This document shows positions 1 through 8,152 of a stretch of DNA of 64,000 nt, piece after piece. The notes under the pieces were generated by a model, which did not search any database, was not told where the DNA came from, and saw only the letters and a program-made list of their open reading frames with translations. Source of the DNA: an uncultured Bacteroidia bacterium. Lineage in GTDB: Bacteria; Bacteroidota; Bacteroidia; J057. Position numbers and translations under genes: made by a program. The first letter of the stretch is position 1. Every line of letters starts with the position of its first letter. The stretch lies in contig CAZFPQ010000002.1 in NCBI GenBank assembly GCA_964521065.1, positions 21,909 to 85,908 on the forward strand. The letters run 5' to 3'.

Positions 1-1
1 G

Positions 2-523
2 TACTACAACATCGAATCAGAATTGGGCAACAGAGGAGTACTTAGGGCAGCTCCCGATTCAGCGCTAATAAACACCAACTTCTCTAGTCCAATAGCTGAT
101 ACGGATAAGCTATGGAAAGCCATCCACCAATGGGGGAATGTTTATCGTTTTGAAAGCAAAGTGCCAGTTAGAGACTACCTATGGGGCAAAACGACCTCTG
201 GAGAAGTCCTTTGGGGGCCAAGCCAAGCAAATGATACTCGCTGGGGATTGGAGCGTGTTTCTGTAACGGAAATAAACTCAATCGAAGAAAGCCCATACAC
301 CATATACCCCAACCCAGCTACCAGTTCCGTATGGATTGATCAAATCAAACACTTTCATACCCTTCGCTTGCTAGATGTGGCCGGACGCGAGCTCTTGCGT
401 CAGACACTGCCAGTGGGGACCTCCCAATGGAAATTGTCTGTCGAATCCTTGCCATCTGGCATGTACCACCTACAACTCATAGGTAGAGAATCCCTAGTTA
501 GCAATAAATTGATGATTGAGTAA
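2..523 (+). CDS. 3' end of a secreted protein with a T9SS (Por) type-A C-terminal sorting domain; the 5' part lies outside the window
   Basis: The reading frame is open back to base 2; the track start at 23 is a TTG inside an open frame. The last ~75 aa (YTIYPNPATSSVWIDQ...LPSGMYHLQLIGRESLVSNKLMIE) show the 'YPNP' entry and 'G.Y.....' pattern typical of Bacteroidota T9SS CTDs. The same pattern occurs in the ORFs ending at 40943 and 43385. Confidence 0.6.
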   Translation, partial: YYNIESELGNRGVLRAAPDSALINTNFSSPIADTDKLWKAIHQWGNVYRFESKVPVRDYLWGKTTSGEVLWGPSQANDTRWGLERVSVTEINSIEESPYTIYPNPATSSVWIDQIKHFHTLRLLDVAGRELLRQTLPVGTSQWKLSVESLPSGMYHLQLIGRESLVSNKLMIE

Positions 524-638
524 TGAATGAATAGGGGCAAATTCAGCTGCCTATAGATTCCCAAGGTTGGAATCGGCTCCCGAGGCTTTTCTGAATGGAG
601 TAAACTACCGCTTCATACCCTAAAAAGTTGCTGCTCAC

Positions 639-1517
639 TCAAAACACCCTACTCCTCTTTCTGTAGGTACCAGGGGCGATACCTGTTTTCTTTTTGAAAG
701 CAGTATTAAAGTAGTATTCATTCTGATAGCCCAAGGAAAACGCAATCTCTTTGATGGGGGCTTTGCTTTGGGTGAGCAGGATCTTTGCCTGATTCAACCG
801 CAATTGCTGATGATACTGCCCCAAGGACATGCCCACATAATCTCGAAAAGTCTTACGCATTTTTGAATAGCTCACCCCATTGAGCCTGCCAAGTTCATTC
901 CAGTCTATTTTTTGGGCAATGCGCTCTGCAATCTGGGTCTTTATCCTACGAATCAAGATTTCGGTGGCGGTATCAACGGTGTTATTCTTGATCAGGTAAA
1001 GCAAGTCCCCAATGAGGTGAAAAACTGCAGCACTTGCGGCTTGTTGCCAGCCTACCTTCTCTGCTTTGGCCAACTGAAAAACCTGATGATAGTGTCTGAC
1101 TAAATGCTCGTGGAACCCAACTTCATAAATAGGTTGCTCAATGGACAAAAAGCCATTTTCTAATAGGCTATCAAGCAGTTTCCCATTTACCCCTACATAG
1201 TACTCCGTCCAACCCGTTTCAGTAAGCGGTTTGTAGCGATGGGCCACTTTGGGAAAAAGCAAAAAAATGGTCCCCGGATTTACCTGATAACGGATCCCTC
1301 CCTCTACCTCAAACAGGCCCTTGCCTGCAGTGATGTAGATGATTTGGTACTCGTCCAACTTTCGGGGTCTAAGGGAATCAAATTGATACTCCTTTGGATG
1401 TACCATAGGGGGATAAGAAGTGCCTGCCGGTGTACGAGAGAAGCCTAAAGTATGAATAGCCATCCCCCATTTCAGGTCTTCCCCACTGTGCGTTGGGTAT
1501 TCAAAAAAGTTTTCCAT
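639..1517 (-). CDS. AraC-family transcriptional regulator (cupin-like sensor N-domain plus C-terminal HTH), paralog of the regulator at 43651-44556
   Basis: The C-terminus (GVSYSKMRKTFRDYVGMSLGQYHQQLRLNQAKILLTQSKAPIKEIAFSLGYQNEYYFNTAFKKKTGIAPGTYRK) is a classic AraC double-HTH. The start is moved to the internal ATG at 1517 (MENFFEYP...), which aligns with MKDFFTYL... of the second AraC. The gene is divergent from the isomerase/rhaT operon. Confidence 0.85.
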   Translation of the reverse strand: MENFFEYPTHSGEDLKWGMAIHTLGFSRTPAGTSYPPMVHPKEYQFDSLRPRKLDEYQIIYITAGKGLFEVEGGIRYQVNPGTIFLLFPKVAHRYKPLTETGWTEYYVGVNGKLLDSLLENGFLSIEQPIYEVGFHEHLVRHYHQVFQLAKAEKVGWQQAASAAVFHLIGDLLYLIKNNTVDTATEILIRRIKTQIAERIAQKIDWNELGRLNGVSYSKMRKTFRDYVGMSLGQYHQQLRLNQAKILLTQSKAPIKEIAFSLGYQNEYYFNTAFKKKTGIAPGTYRKRSRVF

Positions 1518-1552
1518 CGATATCAAAAAATGTAAAAAACAAATCAAAAAAT
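1501..1552. promoter_or_regulatory. Helically phased A6 tracts / TCAAAAAA repeats in the divergent AraC-isomerase promoter region
   Basis: TCAAAAAA occurs at 1501, 1523 and 1544 (spacing 22 and 21 bp), with an extra A6 tract at 1534-1539. The A-tract starts at 1503, 1525, 1534 and 1546 lie close to multiples of 10.5 bp. The first copy lies in the first codons of the AraC gene. Confidence 0.3.
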
Positions 1553-1605
1553 CAACATGATTGGCCCAGCCATGTCCTAGATTAGACTACTATCCTCGCA
1601 AAATC

Positions 1606-3036
1606 ATGCTACCAAAATCAGAAAATATAAAAGTAGGCTTATTTGGCATTGGACTGGACACCTATTGGCCGCAGTTTGACGGCCTCCTAGAAAATCTAAA
1701 AGGTTACCAGAAGCAGATTCGCCAGCGTATAGCAGAATATGGAGTTGAGGTAATAGACGCTGGCATGGTAGACTGTCCAGTAAAGGCCCGACAAGCAGCG
1801 AATATGCTCAAGACAGCAGATGTAGAAATCGTGTTTCTGTACGTATCTACCTATGCGCTATCCTCCACTGTGCTCCCAATAGCACAAAAAGTTAAATCCC
1901 ACATAATCATACTTAATCTCCAGCCTAGAGCCCAACTGGACTATGCAGCTTTTAATCAACTAGGAGATCGAGGAGTGATGACGGGCGTTTGGCTCGAAAA
2001 CTGCCAGGCTTGCTCCGTCCCTGAGATCGCGTCGGTGTTCAATCGTTCGGGGGTCTCCTATGATTTTGTAACGGGCCATTTGCAAGACGAAGAGGCTTGG
2101 ACAGAAATCCAGGCATGGACGGAAGCAGCAAGAGTGGCTGCTTACATGCGGAGCAATCGCTTAGGGATTTTGGGACATTACTACAATGGCATGCTCGATG
2201 TCTATTCGGACCTTACGCGGCATTCAGCTGCTTTTGGAACACACATGGAATTATTAGAAATGTGTGAATTAAAACAGTATCGGGATGAAGTGACCAGCGA
2301 GCAGGTCACAGAAAAGATCAGTGAGTTTTATGAAGCCTTTGATGTAGCTGAAGATTGCAAACAATCGGAGCTAGCAAGAGCAGCTACCACGTCCATTGCC
2401 CTAGACAGATTGGTGGCAGCACATGATCTGGGTGCCATGGCTTACTATTATGAAGGAGCGCCGGGGAACGAATATGAAAACATTGTCACCTCAGTCATAG
2501 CAGGGAACACCTTACTGACAGGAAAAAACATTCCCATTGCGGGTGAGTGCGAAGTAAAAAATGCCCAGGCGATGAAGATCATGTCTGAGTTTGGGGCTGG
2601 AGGATCCTTTTCAGAATTCTACTTAATGGATTTCCAAGAAGATGTGATATTTCTAGGACATGATGGGCCTGCACATTTTGCCATTGCAGAAGGGCGAGTC
2701 AACCTGGTCCCACTCCCCGTTTACCATGGAAAGCCGGGTCAGGGGCTCTCCATCCAAATGTCCGTAAAACATGGTCCAGTAACTCTTTTGTCCGTGGTGG
2801 AAGGCAGAGATGACGTATTCTTACTAGTGGCAGAAGCCCACTCGGTAAAAGGTCCAGTTTTACATATTGGCAATACCAACAGCCGATACAAATTTTCCAT
2901 TGGCGCTAAGCAGTTCATGAATGATTGGTCCAAGCATGGTCCATCCCACCACTGTGCAATCGGTGTCGGCCATATCGCACACAAAATCGAGAAGCTCGGA
3001 CAAGTATTGAGTATTCGGGTGGAACGTGTTTGTTGA
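1606..3036 (+). CDS. L-arabinose isomerase (AraA)-family sugar isomerase, substrate unknown
   Basis: Length is ~476 aa from the ATG at 1606 (MLPKSENIKVGLFGIG...). Blocks PIAGECEVKNAQAMKIM, GGSFSEFYLMDF..VIFLGHDGP and HGPSHHCAIGVGH parallel the E. coli AraA blocks GFAGEGDWKTAALLRIM, GGTSFMEDYTYHF..LGSHMLE and AGGAHHTVFSHA, which contain the metal and catalytic Glu/His positions. Confidence 0.6.
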   Translation: MLPKSENIKVGLFGIGLDTYWPQFDGLLENLKGYQKQIRQRIAEYGVEVIDAGMVDCPVKARQAANMLKTADVEIVFLYVSTYALSSTVLPIAQKVKSHIIILNLQPRAQLDYAAFNQLGDRGVMTGVWLENCQACSVPEIASVFNRSGVSYDFVTGHLQDEEAWTEIQAWTEAARVAAYMRSNRLGILGHYYNGMLDVYSDLTRHSAAFGTHMELLEMCELKQYRDEVTSEQVTEKISEFYEAFDVAEDCKQSELARAATTSIALDRLVAAHDLGAMAYYYEGAPGNEYENIVTSVIAGNTLLTGKNIPIAGECEVKNAQAMKIMSEFGAGGSFSEFYLMDFQEDVIFLGHDGPAHFAIAEGRVNLVPLPVYHGKPGQGLSIQMSVKHGPVTLLSVVEGRDDVFLLVAEAHSVKGPVLHIGNTNSRYKFSIGAKQFMNDWSKHGPSHHCAIGVGHIAHKIEKLGQVLSIRVERVC

Positions 3037-3054
3037 TAAGAAAATCTAAAAAGC

Positions 3055-4107
3055 ATGCAGGCATTATTTGGTGTACTTTTTCACTCCATCGGAGGTGTCG
3101 CAGCAGGTAGCTTCTATATGCCCTACAACCAAGTCAAGGGTTGGGCTTGGGAAAGCTTCTGGATGCTTGGCGGCGTGGTTTCGTGGCTCATTGCCCCCAT
3201 GGTCGCTGCAGGGTTCACGGTTCCAAGCTTCCTGGCCATCATTACGGGTACCGACGGTCAGGTGATCACGTTTACCTACCTCATGGGTTTACTTTGGGGC
3301 ATTGGAGGCTTATCGTTTGGTTTAGGTGTACGCTATTTGGAGATGTCCTTAGGCAACTCTGTGGTGCTGGGTTTTTGTGCAGCATTTGGCGCCTTGATGC
3401 CAGCCATTTACTACGACTTTGTCCCCCAGCAGGGAAAAAATTCCTTAACGGACATGCTTGGTTCGCCAGGAGGTCAGTTGGTTCTGATCGGTGTGTTGTT
3501 ATGCCTGATCGGAATTGGTATTTGCGGCAAGGCAGGCATGATGAAGGAGAAAGAGCTATCTGAGGAAGAGCAAGCAAAGAGCATTGCAGAGTTCAACTTA
3601 GGCAAGGGGTTAATCGTGGCAACCGTTTCTGGAATCCTGAGTTCTTTTTTCAATTTTGGTATAGAGGCTGGTAAAGAAATGGCAGAGGCAGCGATTTTAT
3701 CAGGCTCAAACCCCCTCTTTCAAAACAATGTCACCTTTGTCGTAATTCTCTGGGGAGGCTTGACGACCAATTTTATATGGACTTCCGTTTTGAGTGTTCG
3801 GAATAGGTCCTACCAAGACTATTCCAATAAGTCCACCCCCATATTCCATAACACCCTCTTCTCATCCTTAGCTGGGATCACTTGGTTCCTTCAGTTCTTC
3901 TTCTATGGCATGGGCGAAAGCAGACTGGGAAATGGAGCCAGCTCATGGATACTGCACATGTCCACCATCATTCTTACCGCTAACCTCTGGGGAATCCAAC
4001 GAAAGGAATGGAACGGAGTCAATCCCATAACCAAGTGGACAATTGCCGCAGGCATCTTGGTCATCATCTTATCTGTGATCCTCGTAGGGATCGGAAATAC
4101 CATGTAG
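3055..4107 (+). CDS. rhaT: L-rhamnose/H+ symporter
   Basis: Collinear similarity to E. coli RhaT across the protein: [36 protein letters not shown] versus [44 protein letters not shown] versus [19 protein letters not shown] versus WYLQFFFYAWG. Length is ~350 aa with about 10 TM segments. Confidence 0.9.
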   Translation: [350 protein letters not shown]

Positions 4108-4110
4108 ACG

Positions 4111-5610
4111 ATGGCAGCAATAAATAAAACAATGAAGAAATTGAATCCTGTTTACATGTTGCTCTTGCTGATCTCCTATACGGGTTGTCAACAGGATGGA
4201 CATAAAACTAAGCAATCCGGGGCAGAGAGACCTAACGTCATTTACATTTTAACAGACCAATGGCGGACCCAGTCTTTGGGCTATGCGGGCAATCCAGATA
4301 TTCAAACGCCCTACCTCGATGCACTAGCAGAGGAGTCGGTCAATTTCATCCATGCTGTTTCCGTTACCCCGGTTTGCACCCCACACCGCGCGGCATTGCT
4401 CACAGGGAGATTTCCCACCACCACTGGAATGATCGCCAATGACATCTATCTCCCTTCGGAAGAGCTGACCATGGCAGAGCTTTACAAAGATGCGGGCTAC
4501 AGCACCGCATACTATGGAAAGTGGCATCTTGACGGCCATGGAAGGCAAAATAACGTGATCCCCGAAAGACGGCAAGGATTTGACTACTGGAAAGCACTTG
4601 AGTGTTCGCATGCCTACCATAAAATGGCCTATTACGACAATGATGATCCAGAGATGAAGTATTGGCCAGGGTATTCTCCATTTGCCATCATCGAAGATGC
4701 CAAACAGTATTTAACCCTGCGCGCAGGTGATGAAAATCCTTTCTTATTATTTATTTCCCTCGGCACCCCTCACTATCCTCATAGCAGTGCCCCAGAAAAA
4801 TACCAAGACCTATACCCAGAAGATAGCCTGTCAATATCCCTAAATGTTCCAGGAAGGCTCCATGAACGAGTCAAAAAGGAGCTAAAGGGCTACTATGCCC
4901 ATGCTACCGCTACAGACCACGCCATTGGAGGTCTTCTGGACAAAATCAAGGAGCTTGGATTCTGGGACAACTCCATCATTGTATTTTCGGCAGACCATGG
5001 AGAAATGATGGGCGCACATGGCTTTAAGCCCTTTGTTAAACAGCTGGCCTGGGATGAATCTATACGCGTGCCTTTCCTGATCAGATACCCATCCATCGGA
5101 GAAAACCAGGGGACAGTAATCAACGCCCCCTTGACCACGCCAGATATTCTTCCATCCTTACTTTCACTCTCGGGATTGGACATTCCCGAAACTGTGGATG
5201 GCGATGACCTATCCAACTTGATGAGAAATCCTGACCCAGAAGCAGATCGAGCTGCTTTGGTGATGAATGCTGCGCCTTTTGGATCAAACTTTCGAGACCC
5301 AGCCTACAGAGGTATCCGCACCAAGCAATACACCTACGTCAAGACAGTCAATGGAGAAACCTTGCTCTTCGACAACATCGATGACCCTTATCAGATGAAA
5401 AATCTGGTAAGGGACTCAGCGCATAAAGGGCTTCAAGCAAAGCTGGATCAGCTCTTTCATGCAGAGTTGGCGAAAATTAGAGATGAGCTCCACCCCCGTG
5501 AATACTACATGAATAAATGGAACCTGCAGTTTGATGACTCTAGGCGAGCCATCAATTGGTGGGACAATACAGACGGGCAGATGGTTCAGTCTCCCCGCAA
5601 GAAAAATTAA
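4111..5610 (+). CDS. S1-family (formylglycine-dependent) sulfatase, lipoprotein
   Basis: Sulfatase signature CTPHRAALLTGRF (C-x-P-x-R) is preceded by PNVIYILTDQWR. Downstream blocks are GKWHL and FSADHGEMMGAHG. A lipoprotein-type signal is present (LLLISYTGCQQ). Confidence 0.9.
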   Translation: MAAINKTMKKLNPVYMLLLLISYTGCQQDGHKTKQSGAERPNVIYILTDQWRTQSLGYAGNPDIQTPYLDALAEESVNFIHAVSVTPVCTPHRAALLTGRFPTTTGMIANDIYLPSEELTMAELYKDAGYSTAYYGKWHLDGHGRQNNVIPERRQGFDYWKALECSHAYHKMAYYDNDDPEMKYWPGYSPFAIIEDAKQYLTLRAGDENPFLLFISLGTPHYPHSSAPEKYQDLYPEDSLSISLNVPGRLHERVKKELKGYYAHATATDHAIGGLLDKIKELGFWDNSIIVFSADHGEMMGAHGFKPFVKQLAWDESIRVPFLIRYPSIGENQGTVINAPLTTPDILPSLLSLSGLDIPETVDGDDLSNLMRNPDPEADRAALVMNAAPFGSNFRDPAYRGIRTKQYTYVKTVNGETLLFDNIDDPYQMKNLVRDSAHKGLQAKLDQLFHAELAKIRDELHPREYYMNKWNLQFDDSRRAINWWDNTDGQMVQSPRKKN

Positions 5611-5661
5611 TGTCACTTCAGCCCTAGCAACTTAGCCTGGCCTGCATAAGGATTAACTCGA

Positions 5662-8109
5662 ATGATTATGAAAGTATGGATTTACATCCTCTTATCGCTG
5701 GGACCCGTTTCGATGACATTGGCTCAGTCTCTGCAGCATCCCATTATTTGGGTGACTGATGATGATCGGAGTGACATTTTACAAAAAATAAAAGATTACC
5801 CATGGGCAAAGCAGGTGGTGATGAGCCTTGAACAGCGTATTTCTGAAAAACTCACTGCTCACCAAAACGATCCCCAAGCCTTCTTAGCCACCATTCCCTC
5901 TCTTCAAGTCGATGATACATTAACAGAAGCACAGGCATCAAGTGGCACCGCAGCACACCATTGGTTTTTGATTTCGGCATCGGAAGCCGCTTTGCTATAC
6001 TACCTATTCAAAGACGAAAAACATGCTAGATTCGCCGCAGACATCCTTAGCTACTACATAGAAGAATTAGCTCCAAGAACGCCAGAGGTGACGACCATTG
6101 GAGGTAATGAGTTTTACGATCCACGTAGCACCTACCCTCATTTCGCTATCACATATGATTTTATATATACCTACCTCCATAAGCCCGGAACAAGAGTGAC
6201 CAAAGTTGATGGCTCGGTAGTTCCGTATGACAGCACAAAAGCACAAATGGCGATTAGAAACATCGTCGGCAATGTTTTACAAGAATATGGCGCAGCGGAT
6301 GAGCAAGGAAAAAGTGTTAGCAATCACCCTGTTTTAACCGCACCGGGAGCACTCTTCAGCATTCTATGTGTAGAAGATGACGTGGAGAGAGAACGCTTAT
6401 TTGATGTCTTTTGGAACAAAGGCACCAAACATCAAAACTCATTTACCAAAACCCTCCTACCCATGTTTGGAGAGCAGGGCATATGGCCTGAGTCACTCAG
6501 CTATAGTTTCATGCCCAATATCAGCATGATCTTAAACATTGTTGATCGAATTAAACCTGAGCTGAACATAATTGACAGCAATCTTCATATCCTAGATGGG
6601 GTATTCCTATTTGATCACCTAAGAGTCCCCGATGGGAGGTTTGTCCGCTATGGTGACTCGAAAAGAAACAAGGACGCGACCGAGACCCTCTACAGATATA
6701 CGCTCAATATAGCGCAGAGGAAGAATATGCCGCAGTATGTCCAAAAAGCTCAGATCGTGCTAAATAAGGCTTTTGCTGCTTCTAACGGTTACCAGCCACA
6801 CCTTTCTGACAACCCCTTTGGTGGTTTTTCAAGTTTTACTCATTTGCTGTGGGGGCATCCTGTACCTGATACCGTACAAGGCGAAATGGATTTTGAGAAG
6901 CCTACGGTCATCATTAAGCACGCTGGAGTAGCCCTGCAAAGAAACTATGTGGCACAAAACAACGAGGATTACGGTCTCTGCGGCATCATAGGGGGGGCTC
7001 ACTACGTTCATTCGCATGTTACCGGAATTACCATGGAGCTATATGGGGCAGGCTATGTCATGGCTCCTAATGCAGGTTTGCCCCCAAATCTATCTGGTCG
7101 CAAGACACCTGAACATAGGGAATATTTTTGGCGCCATGCAGGTAATAATACCATGATCGTGAATGGGTCCTCAGTTGGACAGTTGGAAGGCTCCTGGAAT
7201 TCAAACTTATGGATGAATACAACAGTCAATGTTGCCGCTGAACCCCGACATTTAGAGGACCCCAGTAATCCCAACTTCAGCTTTGCGACCCAGTATTTAG
7301 GTGACAAAGTAAATAATTGTGAACAGCAGCGTACGCTCAGCACCATCAGGACGAGTCCCACTACGGCTTATTATGTGGATGTATTTCGTTCCCGCTCATT
7401 AGGCCAAAATAAATTCCATGATTATATCTACCACAACATAGGCGACGCTACAACTATCTTCGATGAAACGGGCAAGCCTCTAAGCCTTAGCCCCACCACG
7501 CGCTACCAAACAGATGTAGGGGATTTTCGCAAATCACCTGGCTGGATTCATTTTAGAAATACCCAGGTCACCGATCCAACTTCTAGCGCAACGAACATTC
7601 GATTTGACGTCAAGGTAGGCAACCGCGCTATGCACCTGCTTTTACCAGCAGGGGTAAACAGGGAGTATACCCAGGCTTTGGGTCCTGCTACCCGAGAGGC
7701 AAAAAATGGATATGTAGATCAAGCAACACAGGTTCTTGCCATTCGGCAGCAGGGGGAGGCGTGGAACAACCCATACGTTGTGATCTTGGAGCCTAGCATC
7801 GGTCAGAAAAGTAGCGTTACGGAAGTCGCGCATCTATATGCCGGGGCTTCTATTGTAGGTGTAAAAGTGACCAGCCAGGTAGGAGGCCGGAAGATCCTTG
7901 ACTACGTGATCTGCCACGAAGATGAGGATGGGCATTTCGAACTGCCTGAAAAGGAACTCACCTTCGATGGGCGATTTGCCGTAGTCCGATTTATCACTGA
8001 GCATAATCAAACTGATACGGTGGTATATATCGGGCAGGGAAGATCGCTGCTTTTGGGAGAGCAGACATACAAAGGCAACGTGTCCATTCCTCCCCGTGTC
8101 GAACCTTAA
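5662..8109 (+). CDS. Heparinase II/III-like protein (alpha/alpha-toroid N-domain plus heparinase II/III C-domain); candidate polysaccharide lyase
   Basis: A signal peptide is present. The N-terminal 'HPIIWVTDDDRSDILQKIKDYPWAKQVV' resembles the start of alginate-lyase/heparinase toroid domains. The central 'GGAHYVHSHVTGITMELYGAGYVMAPNAG' fits the H.H.D.gsf.l...G block of Pfam Hepar_II_III. CAZy family not assignable by eye. Confidence 0.5.
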   Translation: MIMKVWIYILLSLGPVSMTLAQSLQHPIIWVTDDDRSDILQKIKDYPWAKQVVMSLEQRISEKLTAHQNDPQAFLATIPSLQVDDTLTEAQASSGTAAHHWFLISASEAALLYYLFKDEKHARFAADILSYYIEELAPRTPEVTTIGGNEFYDPRSTYPHFAITYDFIYTYLHKPGTRVTKVDGSVVPYDSTKAQMAIRNIVGNVLQEYGAADEQGKSVSNHPVLTAPGALFSILCVEDDVERERLFDVFWNKGTKHQNSFTKTLLPMFGEQGIWPESLSYSFMPNISMILNIVDRIKPELNIIDSNLHILDGVFLFDHLRVPDGRFVRYGDSKRNKDATETLYRYTLNIAQRKNMPQYVQKAQIVLNKAFAASNGYQPHLSDNPFGGFSSFTHLLWGHPVPDTVQGEMDFEKPTVIIKHAGVALQRNYVAQNNEDYGLCGIIGGAHYVHSHVTGITMELYGAGYVMAPNAGLPPNLSGRKTPEHREYFWRHAGNNTMIVNGSSVGQLEGSWNSNLWMNTTVNVAAEPRHLEDPSNPNFSFATQYLGDKVNNCEQQRTLSTIRTSPTTAYYVDVFRSRSLGQNKFHDYIYHNIGDATTIFDETGKPLSLSPTTRYQTDVGDFRKSPGWIHFRNTQVTDPTSSATNIRFDVKVGNRAMHLLLPAGVNREYTQALGPATREAKNGYVDQATQVLAIRQQGEAWNNPYVVILEPSIGQKSSVTEVAHLYAGASIVGVKVTSQVGGRKILDYVICHEDEDGHFELPEKELTFDGRFAVVRFITEHNQTDTVVYIGQGRSLLLGEQTYKGNVSIPPRVEP

Positions 8110-8152
8110 GCCTCCCATAATCCTTGTCCCTAACCCCTATGTCCCTACTACT

